Source: Clostridia bacterium (GTDB lineage: Bacteria > Bacillota > Clostridia > TANB77 > CAG-508). Taken from it: a stretch of DNA of 64,000 nucleotides. The notes beneath the pieces were generated by a model that worked only from the letters and a program-made list of their open reading frames with translations, had not been told where the DNA came from and searched no databases. Where the stretch lies: the NCBI GenBank assembly GCA_045643205.1, contig JAZUKI010000010.1, positions 1 through 64,000 of the forward strand, written 5' to 3'. Below, piece after piece: positions 1 to 7,774 of the stretch (its first letter is position 1; each line of letters starts with the position of its first letter). A program made the position numbers and the translations under genes.

Positions 1-103
1 TTGAAAGTGAGCATATTTACTAATATAATTGCCATATGGCCTAGCGTTTTAGTTAAATAAATTGATTACATAATATTTAAGAACATATAAATAATATAAA
101 TTT

Positions 104-133
104 AGACAGATTAGTACAAAATCTGCCTTTTTT
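104..133 (+). terminator. Putative intrinsic terminator of the upstream transcript
   Basis: Hairpin agacagatt/aatctgcct followed by a T run. Confidence 0.5.
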
Positions 134-134
134 A

Positions 135-143
135 TGCTATAAT
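135..143 (+). promoter_or_regulatory. Extended -10 promoter at the head of the cassette array/rbgA locus
   Basis: TGCTATAAT, 32 nt upstream of the ATG at 176, which has an AAGGAG RBS. Confidence 0.55.
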
Positions 144-175
144 TATATAGATTTGAATCTTTAAGGAGTTATTTT

Positions 176-268
176 ATGAACGAAAATAAAACTAATATTA
201 ACTGGTTGATTACAATTAATTTAACCCCCTTTAGAAAGCATTGCAAAATAAGGAAAAACTCAAATTAA
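176..268 (+). pseudogene. Displaced rbgA 5' fragment #1 (MNENKTNINW, then unrelated sequence)
   Basis: aaggag RBS; aatattaactgg matches rbgA aatatcaactgg at 3831-3842 and then diverges. Confidence 0.7.
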
Positions 269-403
269 CATCTTGCATGTTTTATATAAAAATATGTTAA
301 AATAGATAAAAATTAGTAAAAAAGTACTACTTTTAACTAAAAATAGTATAGGAATTAATAAGGTGGTTACAGAAGTTAAACCCCTATAAAAAGAGGTGAA
401 CTC

Positions 404-976
404 ATGAGAAAAATAGTATTATCTTCATGTGGAATTAGGAATGAAGATTTTAAAGAGAAGTTTTATAAGTTAATTTCAAAAAATGATTTATGTAATGCAA
501 AGCTATTATACATTACTACTGCAGTTGACGGTGAACCTGATGATAATAGAGATTGGGTGGATAAAGAATATAAAACCATTTTAGATTTAGGCTTTAGAGA
601 ATCTAATATAACTGAATACAAAATAGGTAATGAAATAAATATGGATGATTTTGATATCATTTATATGATGGGTGGAAATACAATTTACTTACTTGATATG
701 ATTAGAAAGTACAATTTTGGAGAGGTAATAAAAGATTTTATTGATAAAGGTAAAATCTATATTGGATCAAGTGCTGGTAGTCAAATCATAGGTTCCACAA
801 TTAATTTATGCTCAGTATATGAAACTAATAATGTTAATATGACAGATTTTACTGCAATTGGTATATTAGATAAAGAAGTTGTACCTCATACAAATAAAAA
901 AGAAGAATTGCTTAAAAACTGTGATAAAGAAGATTTAATATTTCTTTATGATGGTGATGGAATTATAATAAATTAA
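404..976 (+). CDS. Peptidase E / S51 family (type 1 glutamine amidotransferase-like) protein
   Basis: GGNT, GSSAG nucleophile elbow and VPH motifs; gaggtg RBS. Confidence 0.8.
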   Translation: MRKIVLSSCGIRNEDFKEKFYKLISKNDLCNAKLLYITTAVDGEPDDNRDWVDKEYKTILDLGFRESNITEYKIGNEINMDDFDIIYMMGGNTIYLLDMIRKYNFGEVIKDFIDKGKIYIGSSAGSQIIGSTINLCSVYETNNVNMTDFTAIGILDKEVVPHTNKKEELLKNCDKEDLIFLYDGDGIIIN

Positions 977-990
977 AGGAGTTGATCCAA

Positions 991-1077
991 ATGAATGGTA
1001 ATAAAACTAATATCAACTGTGATGTCGGGATAAATGGAAACCATCCTAAATTCGCTGAAATGTCAAGCTTTCTTTAA
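991..1077 (+). pseudogene. Displaced rbgA 5' fragment #2 (MNGNKTNINC...)
   Basis: aaaggagttgat RBS; aaaactaatatcaactg; stop codon falls inside the conserved element. Confidence 0.7.
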
Positions 1078-1092
1078 AGATATATATTACAT
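1034..1092 (+). repeat. Conserved inter-cassette element, copy 1
   Basis: Ungapped alignment with 3114-3172 (atggaaac...tcaa.ctttctttaaagata.atattacat) at the same distance from AACTG. Confidence 0.75.
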
Positions 1093-1142
1093 TATTTTAG
1101 TAATTTTATAAGGAAATAATAATTTGAAGGTGAGATGGTAGT

Positions 1143-1556
1143 TTGGAATATAAAATAGATTATTCAATTAATGAAGAAGAATTTTTAGAAATGGTTGAGT
1201 CAGTTGGATGGAGAACATATTCAAGTGAACAAGTGACAAAGGCTTTAAAAAATACAATGTATATGGTTAAAATTTCAGTTGATGATGAAATAGTAGGAAT
1301 TGGAAGAGTTGTAGGTGATTATAGCATTGTTTGTATGTTAACAGATATATGTGTTAAACCAAAGTATCAAGGAAATGGTTTAGGGTTAAAAATAGTAAAT
1401 GAATTAAAAAGGTTAATTGAAAATGGTGTAAAAGAAGGTGAAAAATTACAAATAGAATTAACACCAACTGCTGGAAATGAAGAATTCTATAAAAAAGCAG
1501 GATTTAAGTATAAACCTGATGTGATTACTGGTATGTATTTGTGGATAAAAAAATAA
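1143..1556 (+). CDS. GNAT family N-acetyltransferase
   Basis: V.P.YQGNGLG acetyl-CoA motif A and FYKKAGF; TTG start. Confidence 0.85.
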   Translation: MEYKIDYSINEEEFLEMVESVGWRTYSSEQVTKALKNTMYMVKISVDDEIVGIGRVVGDYSIVCMLTDICVKPKYQGNGLGLKIVNELKRLIENGVKEGEKLQIELTPTAGNEEFYKKAGFKYKPDVITGMYLWIKK

Positions 1557-1566
1557 TAAATTTAAT

Positions 1567-1617
1567 ACTAGTAAAAATACTGATATATCAATATTTCTTT
1601 GAAAATACATATTACAT
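1567..1617 (+). repeat. Conserved inter-cassette element, copy 2
   Basis: 43/51 identical, ungapped, to 3122-3172; contains near-perfect palindrome aaatactgata|tatcaatattt. Confidence 0.75.
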
Positions 1618-1650
1618 TTTTTATCAAAATTTAAATAGAGGTGAATTGAA

Positions 1651-2052
1651 ATGAGCAGAATAAACAGAAAAGAACTAATAGAGCTAATAAATTCTGTGAA
1701 ATGTGATAAATCTGAATTTTGGATATTATCATCAGGTGCTTTAACTGTTAGAGGTATATATCCAGATGCTGGAGATTTGGATATTGCAGTTACGGATGAA
1801 GGATTGAAACAATTAGCAAAGAATTATGATTTAGAGCAAAAAGAAAATGGATGGTATATTGTGAATGACTTAATAGAATGCGTATGCGATGGAAAAAAAG
1901 AGACATTAGAATATCAACCTGAATTAATTGGAGATATTCAAGTACAAAATATTTATGAATATTTAAAATATCTAAAATCGAGTGAAAGGAAAAAGGATAT
2001 TGACAGAATTCCATTAGTAGAAAAATATATTAGAGAACTTGAAGAAAATTAA
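1651..2052 (+). CDS. Small Pol-beta-like nucleotidyltransferase-fold protein (putative)
   Basis: SSGAL...AGDLDIAV resembles the G[GS]-x-DxD motif; gaggtg RBS. Confidence 0.55.
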   Translation: MSRINRKELIELINSVKCDKSEFWILSSGALTVRGIYPDAGDLDIAVTDEGLKQLAKNYDLEQKENGWYIVNDLIECVCDGKKETLEYQPELIGDIQVQNIYEYLKYLKSSERKKDIDRIPLVEKYIRELEEN

Positions 2053-2096
2053 AGATAAAAGTTAAAATATTGCAAGTTATATAAATAATAAAGTTG

Positions 2097-2136
2097 GAAA
2101 GAGGGGATTTGAAAATCCTCTCTTTTGCGGTATAAT
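2097..2136 (+). terminator. Hairpin/terminator overlapping a possible promoter (TTGAAA-16-TATAAT)
   Basis: aaagaggggattt/aaatcctctctttt; tataat at 2131-2136. Confidence 0.5.
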
Positions 2137-2141
2137 ATGTA

Positions 2142-2312
2142 AAGTTATTAAAAAGAACGGAAGTATTAAAAGACGCAGGTAAAATATCACATGAAATTGC
2201 TTGTGATAAAGCATTAACAGAATTTGAAAAATACAGAGTAAAACAAGATAAATTATATAAATCAGATTTTGATTTGTTATTGGAAGAAAGTAGTGAAAAT
2301 AATGAAAAATAA
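2142..2312 (+). pseudogene. 3' fragment of a RhuM-family (virulence RhuM) gene
   Basis: Own translation EVLKDAGKISHEIACDKALTEFEKYRVKQDKLYKSDFD resembles the RhuM-family C-terminus; no start codon. Confidence 0.6.
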
Positions 2313-2436
2313 AGATTTACTTACTGATGAAGAAGAACAAATAGATAATTTAAATAGAAAAATATTAAATAAATATATTAATATGATTTATGTTATTAAT
2401 AAAAATAATATGAAAATTGAATTTAAAAAGGTTTGA
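2302..2436 (+). pseudogene. 44-aa ORF resembling the C-terminal tail of large serine recombinases
   Basis: IDNLNRKILNKYINMIYVINKNNMKIEFK resembles the L.R..L..LI..I.V......I.F tail; similarity judged by eye only. Confidence 0.35.
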
Positions 2437-2502
2437 TACAATCAATTAATAAGGTTTGAAAATTGATAATTAAGCATTAAATATAAAAATGAGGTGGATA
2501 GT

Positions 2503-3084
2503 ATGGAGTTAATAGATATATTTGATGAAAATAATAATTATTTGGGTTATTCGTTGGAACGTTCAAAGGTGCATGAAGAAAACTTATGGCATCACCATGT
2601 ATCTGCATGGATTATGAATTATAATGGTGAAATTTTACTACAACAGAGAGCTTTAAGTAAAAAGAAAAATCCTGGTAGGTGGGCAAAAACAGGAGGTCAT
2701 GTAGATGCTGGAGAAACTCCTGAAGAATCTATAAAAAGAGAAGTTTATGAAGAAATAGGTTTAAAAGTAAGTGATGATGAAATAAAGAATATTGAAATAT
2801 TTAAAAGTATTAATCCAAATGAACATTATTATTCATATGGATATATATTTTTTACTGATTACAAAGAGGATGATTTTGTGCTTCAAAAAGAAGAAGTTAA
2901 TACGGTTAAGTATTATAATATAGAAGAATTAGAAGAAATTAGAAAAAAAGACGATCAAAATTATACATTTTGTAATTGGGATGAGGCAGGATTTAATAAA
3001 CAAATACAATTATTGAAAGAATATAGAGATAAAATATCTAGTAAAGGAGTTGATTTAAATGAACGAAGAAAAAGGTTTTTCTAA
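2503..3084 (+). CDS. NUDIX hydrolase (IDI-like subgroup)
   Basis: Nudix box GGHVDAGETPEESIKREVYEEIG; LLQQR..KK..PG.W. Confidence 0.85.
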   Translation: MELIDIFDENNNYLGYSLERSKVHEENLWHHHVSAWIMNYNGEILLQQRALSKKKNPGRWAKTGGHVDAGETPEESIKREVYEEIGLKVSDDEIKNIEIFKSINPNEHYYSYGYIFFTDYKEDDFVLQKEEVNTVKYYNIEELEEIRKKDDQNYTFCNWDEAGFNKQIQLLKEYRDKISSKGVDLNERRKRFF

Positions 3085-3157
3085 GACTTCGATTAACTGG
3101 GTAATACTCTTTTATGGAAACACCAGTAAAAATGTTGATATTTCAAACTTTCTTTAA
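3059..3157 (+). pseudogene. Displaced rbgA 5' fragment #3 (MNEEKGFSKTSINW...)
   Basis: aaaggagttgat RBS; attaactgg at 3092-3100; overlaps the NUDIX stop; stop codon inside the conserved element. Confidence 0.7.
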
Positions 3158-3172
3158 AGATACATATTACAT
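3114..3172 (+). repeat. Conserved inter-cassette element, copy 3
   Basis: Matches copies at 1034-1092 and 1567-1617. Confidence 0.75.
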
Positions 3173-3229
3173 ATTTTGATTAATTTTATAAAAATAAATG
3201 ATGATATAAATAATAAAAGGGAAAAATAA

Positions 3230-3751
3230 ATGGAAAATTTAAAACAACTAAGTAATGATGAAGTAATCGATTTAATAAAAAGCGGAAATATTAAGGTAGC
3301 TGATATTGTTGATTCAGGGATATGTCCAACTTGTTTTGATAAAAACAATAATCATATTTTATATGGAAATAATGAAGATAAAATGATATTTGAAAATGAA
3401 AAATTTGAATGTTTTTTAGTAGGAAATCCAAGAGCAGAAGGGCATACGGCTATAAGTACTAAAAAACACTTTAGAGACATGATGGAGATAGATGACGTTA
3501 CTTGTAAAGAGATATTTATACTAGCAAAAAAAATAATGAATGTTTTAAAAGAAATATATAATGCTGAAAGCATATATTTGTGTACAATGTGTGATGGTCC
3601 TATGAATCATTTTCATATTCAATTAATTCCAAGATATTCTTTCGAAAAAAGAGGTTCAAAGAATTTTGTAAAACCAAGATTTGAATATAAAGAAGATAAA
3701 GAGAAGATAAAAGAATTGAGAAATAAAATAAATAATAAAGTAGGTGAATAA
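3230..3751 (+). CDS. HIT family protein
   Basis: CPTC, P...GH and HFHIQLIPR histidine-triad-like motif. Confidence 0.8.
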   Translation: MENLKQLSNDEVIDLIKSGNIKVADIVDSGICPTCFDKNNNHILYGNNEDKMIFENEKFECFLVGNPRAEGHTAISTKKHFRDMMEIDDVTCKEIFILAKKIMNVLKEIYNAESIYLCTMCDGPMNHFHIQLIPRYSFEKRGSKNFVKPRFEYKEDKEKIKELRNKINNKVGE

Positions 3752-3755
3752 AAAA

Positions 3756-4676
3756 ATGGATATGTATCAAAAAAGAAAAATGAGAAAAGAAAAGAATTCA
3801 AATGAGCAAGAAAAAAGTTGTGCAAGTATGAATATCAACTGGTATCCAGGACATATGGCTAAAACAAAAAAAGACTTAATTGAAAGTCTTAAACTAATTG
3901 ATATAATAATTGAAATACTTGATGCAAGAATTCCTAAATCAAGCAAAAATCCGGAAATGGAGCAATATACAAAAACAAAAAAGAAAATTATTGTTCTTAA
4001 TAAAGCCGATTTAGCTGATGATAATGTAACTAAAAAATGGATTGAATATTATAGGTCTAAAAATATAGTTGCAATTCCTGTTGAAGCTAATACAGGAAAA
4101 GGAATGAAAAATATTATTGCTGAAATAAAGAAAGAAGCAAAAGAAATAATTGATAAAAATGTTTCAAGAGGAAGAAGCGGATACACAACAAAAGTTATGA
4201 TTGCAGGAATTCCTAATGTTGGAAAGTCTACATTTATTAATACATTGATTGGAAAAAAAGTTGTTGTAGCAGCCAATAGACCAGGCGTTACGCAAAAGGT
4301 TCAATGGACTAAAGTTACAGATGGTGTTGAGTTATTAGATACTCCTGGAATGTTATGGCCAAAGCTACAAGATCAAGAGGTAGCAACACATTTGTCATTT
4401 ATAAATAGTGTTGGACAAAATGCAGTTGATAATGAAACTTTAGCATATACACTTTTAAAATTTTTAATAGATAATTACAAAACTAGAGTTGAAAAACGTT
4501 ATAACATTTCTATTCAAGATGAAAAAATAAACTATTATGAAGTAAGAAATGAGATAGCAAAGAATACAGGATGCTTAATGTCTGGTGGGAACATAAATGA
4601 ACAAAAAGTTTCTGATATAATATTAAAAGATTTTAGATCTGGAAAACTTGGAAAGATAACAATTGAAAGCATTTAA
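3756..4676 (+). CDS. rbgA: Ribosome biogenesis GTPase RbgA/YlqF
   Basis: INWYPGHMAK, DARIP, NKAD, GIPNVGKS, DTPG; start at 3756 (aggtga RBS) or 3828. Confidence 0.95.
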   Translation: MDMYQKRKMRKEKNSNEQEKSCASMNINWYPGHMAKTKKDLIESLKLIDIIIEILDARIPKSSKNPEMEQYTKTKKKIIVLNKADLADDNVTKKWIEYYRSKNIVAIPVEANTGKGMKNIIAEIKKEAKEIIDKNVSRGRSGYTTKVMIAGIPNVGKSTFINTLIGKKVVVAANRPGVTQKVQWTKVTDGVELLDTPGMLWPKLQDQEVATHLSFINSVGQNAVDNETLAYTLLKFLIDNYKTRVEKRYNISIQDEKINYYEVRNEIAKNTGCLMSGGNINEQKVSDIILKDFRSGKLGKITIESI

Positions 4677-4707
4677 AATAAAAAAATGATTTATTGAAAG
4701 GGTATTA

Positions 4708-5127
4708 ATGGATATTTTTGAAGAAGTATTAAAAAAAGATTTAATTGAAATAAATATGATGTCACCTTTAACATGGGCATATGTAGGGGATAATGTGTAT
4801 GAATTATATATTCGCTTACACTTAAGCGAAAATACAAATTTGAATCCACATAAGATGCATATTAGTTCAATAAAATATGTTAAAGCTAATCATCAGGCAG
4901 AAATTTTAAAATATCTTGAAGAAAATATTTTAACTGATGATGAAAAAGATATTGTTAGAAGAGGTAGAAATACAGAGAGCCATCATTTACCTAAACACGC
5001 TACAGCAGTTGATTATATGTATTCTACAGCTTTCGAAGCATTAGTAGGATATTTATATTTAACAAAACAAACTAAAAGATTAGATGTTATTTTAAAACAA
5101 TCAATTGAATTTGTTGAAAATATCTAA
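4708..5127 (+). CDS. mrnC: Mini-ribonuclease III
   Basis: AYVGD.VYEL, RRGRN, STAFEALVGYLYL. Confidence 0.9.
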   Translation: MDIFEEVLKKDLIEINMMSPLTWAYVGDNVYELYIRLHLSENTNLNPHKMHISSIKYVKANHQAEILKYLEENILTDDEKDIVRRGRNTESHHLPKHATAVDYMYSTAFEALVGYLYLTKQTKRLDVILKQSIEFVENI

Positions 5128-5146
5128 AATAAAAAATATAAAAACA

Positions 5147-5187
5147 AAAAAAGAGCACTTTCAATGTCTTTTGAAAGCGCTCTTTTT
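5147..5187. terminator. Bidirectional intrinsic terminator
   Basis: aaaaagagcactttcaa/ttgaaagcgctcttttt between convergent mrnC and tRNA. Confidence 0.75.
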
Positions 5188-5194
5188 ATAAATT

Positions 5195-5270
5195 TGGTGA
5201 CCCTAACGGGAGTCGAACCCATCACTCAGCCTTGAGAGGGCTGCGTCTTAAACCGATTGACCATAGGGCC
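5195..5270 (-). tRNA. tRNA-Glu(CTC)
   Basis: Cloverleaf on the reverse strand, anticodon arm cagcc-ctCTCaa-ggctg, TTCGA loop, encoded CCA. Confidence 0.92.
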
Positions 5271-5399
5271 ATGAACAGCATTTATTATACACGTAAAATG
5301 CTGTTAAGTCAATTAGACTAAACAATTATTTTTAGATCTTATTATTTTTGTATATTGTTATTTTATATCTATTAGTAATTTTTATTAGCCTAATTTATT

Positions 5400-7613
5400 T
5401 TATTTAAATTCAACTATAGTAACTCCATAATCACCATCACCATAGTCTGCAATTTTGAATGATTTAACATTTTTATTTGTTTTTAAATATTGATGAATAC
5501 CTTCACGAAGTTTGCCAGTGCCTTTTCCATGAACAACTCTAACTTTTTCTAAATGAGCCATTTTTGCTTGGTCGAAGTATAAATCAAGTTCTGCTATTGC
5601 TTCATCAACAGTTAATCCTAATAAATTAATTTCTGTATTAATAGTTTTTGATTTATTATTTTTTACATAAGCTTTAGAATTTGTTGATGTTTTTTTAGTC
5701 TTTGATAGAGAAGAGTTATCTTTTTCGTTTAGTTGTAATAAAACAGATAAATCTAATCCATTACTACCATGAGCTTTTAATTTATCATTTAATTCATCTC
5801 TTAATTTATTTGCTTTATGTGTTTCAGATTCATTCATTTTAGAAAGTTTGTTAATTATACGATTAGCATCATCTTTAGCATCAAGTAAAATTTGTTGAGC
5901 TTCTTTTTTAGCTTCTTCAATTTTTTCTTTTTCTTTTTGAAGTTTTTCATTATTATCTTTTTCTAAAGATTTTCTAAGAAGAGTAATTTGATTTAAATTC
6001 TTTTCAATTTCAATTTTTTCTTCTTCAACTTGTTTTTTATTATCATAAATTTGTTTCATCAATGTTTCAAAATCGGTATCAGGTTTGCTAATTAAGTTTG
6101 AAGCTCTATCAATAATTTCTTGAGGAACACCTAATTGATTACAAATTGCAAATGCATTACTTTTTCCTGGAATTCCTAAAAGTAGGTGATATGTAGGTTT
6201 TAAAGTTTCTATATTAAATTCACAACTTGCATTTTCAAAACCTTCATGTGTTAAACAATATTGTTTAATTTCAGAGTAGTGAGTAGTTGCTAAAGTAAAT
6301 GCACCATTGTTATGAAAGTTCTCTAGCAAACTAATTGCTAAATGAGCCCCTTCAATTGGATCTGTTCCTGAACCTAATTCATCAACTAAAATTAAACTTT
6401 TATCTGTAAATGTTTTTAATATTGAAACAATGTTAGTCATATGTGCAGAGAATGTACTTAATGATTGTTCAATACTTTGTTCATCACCGATGTCTGCAAA
6501 AATATTATCAAAAACTTTAATTGTACTTCCTTCAGAAACAGGAATGTGAAGTCCAGCTTGTGCCATAGCACAAAGTAAACCGGTTGTTTTTAGTGTAACT
6601 GTTTTTCCACCAGTATTAGGTCCTGTTATTACTAATGTTGTGAAACCTTCTTTACCAATGTGAAGTGAAGTAGGTACAACTTTTATTTTATCAATTAGTG
6701 GATGACGAGCATTTTTAAATTCAACAAATTCACCAATATTAGGGCAAGTACAATCATTTGCAATTGAAAGTTTTGCTTTGCTTGAAATAAAATCAAGTTT
6801 ACCAATTAAATTAATATCTTGATTTAAAAAACCGGCAATAGGGTATAGCTGGCCAGATAAATTATTAAGAATGACTTCAATTTCATGTTGTTCTTCAACC
6901 ATTAAGTTATTGATGCTATTGTTTATTTCAAAAACAGCCATAGGCTCTATATAAACTGTAGATCCAGATGAAGAGGTATCATGTATGAAACCTTTTATTT
7001 GACTTCTATATTCTGATTTTACTGGAATAACATATCTATCATTTCTAATTGTGATTACAGGATCCATAATATATTTTGAGTAAGTATTAGAGTGAAGGAT
7101 ACCTGTTAATTTATTTTTTATTTCTAATTCAAGACCTTTTTTATTACTTCTGATTGATGCAAGTTTTGCTGATGCTTTATCTGCAATTTCATCTTCAGAA
7201 ATAATTGAGCCATTTATTAATTTTTCAATATTTTTATTTTCATATAAATCAGCAAAATATAATGAAAGTCTTTCAAGTTCACAACCAGAAGATTTATAAT
7301 AATCTTTTAATTCTGATGCGTTTTTTAGAACAGCAGCCATTTCAAGTAAATACTTTGCAGTTAAAGGCATTGAACTTTCAAGTCGTTTTACCATGATTGA
7401 TAAATCGTCTATTTTAAATATAGGAAAATTACCCAAGGCATGAATAAGTTCGCAACCTTCAGTAGTTTCTTTCAAAATAGTAGAAACTTTTTCTTCATTT
7501 GATGAAGGTTCAAGTTCTTCTGAAATTTTTCTACCAATATAAGTTGAACATCCTTGAGATAATTGTTCTTTTATAGTATTAAATTCTAATTTGTTAAGAT
7601 ATTTTTCTATCAT
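5400..7613 (-). CDS. mutS2: Endonuclease MutS2
   Basis: ITGPNTGGKT, DELGSGTDP, C-terminal Smr domain (HGKGTG). Confidence 0.95.
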   Translation of the reverse strand: MIEKYLNKLEFNTIKEQLSQGCSTYIGRKISEELEPSSNEEKVSTILKETTEGCELIHALGNFPIFKIDDLSIMVKRLESSMPLTAKYLLEMAAVLKNASELKDYYKSSGCELERLSLYFADLYENKNIEKLINGSIISEDEIADKASAKLASIRSNKKGLELEIKNKLTGILHSNTYSKYIMDPVITIRNDRYVIPVKSEYRSQIKGFIHDTSSSGSTVYIEPMAVFEINNSINNLMVEEQHEIEVILNNLSGQLYPIAGFLNQDINLIGKLDFISSKAKLSIANDCTCPNIGEFVEFKNARHPLIDKIKVVPTSLHIGKEGFTTLVITGPNTGGKTVTLKTTGLLCAMAQAGLHIPVSEGSTIKVFDNIFADIGDEQSIEQSLSTFSAHMTNIVSILKTFTDKSLILVDELGSGTDPIEGAHLAISLLENFHNNGAFTLATTHYSEIKQYCLTHEGFENASCEFNIETLKPTYHLLLGIPGKSNAFAICNQLGVPQEIIDRASNLISKPDTDFETLMKQIYDNKKQVEEEKIEIEKNLNQITLLRKSLEKDNNEKLQKEKEKIEEAKKEAQQILLDAKDDANRIINKLSKMNESETHKANKLRDELNDKLKAHGSNGLDLSVLLQLNEKDNSSLSKTKKTSTNSKAYVKNNKSKTINTEINLLGLTVDEAIAELDLYFDQAKMAHLEKVRVVHGKGTGKLREGIHQYLKTNKNVKSFKIADYGDGDYGVTIVEFK

Positions 7614-7774
7614 TTCTAAATCCTTTGTTATAAAATTACTAAATTTTACCTATAAACATATCAATTATACCTTAAAATACGGCGTTTTTCAATAAAAAGT
7701 ATGTTGAAATTGAAGTTGTTATTTGTTATAATATATATCACTTAAATTAGTAATTTTTGAAAGAAGGAATAAAG

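Larger units (their letters stand above)
206..3842 (+). mobile_element. Putative array of integrase-less gene cassettes inserted in the rbgA 5' end
   Basis: Repeated rbgA heads (200-205, 1015-1020, 3095-3100, 3837-3842) plus a conserved downstream element; small co-oriented accessory genes in between. Confidence 0.65.

Noticed and set aside
1-60. Possible gene end and palindrome gccatatggc resembling rbgA GHMA codons
   Set aside because: Too short and cut by the window edge to interpret
1524-1534. attactggtat inside the GNAT gene resembling the rbgA target (aactggtat)
   Set aside because: Not in register with element copy 2 (36 nt versus 22 nt), no RBS or ATG head, and it lies in normal coding sequence; probably chance
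200-3172. Classical integron attC sites
   Set aside because: No consistent RYYYAAC...GTTRRRY-bounded long hairpins and no intI in the window; the array is only analogous to an integron
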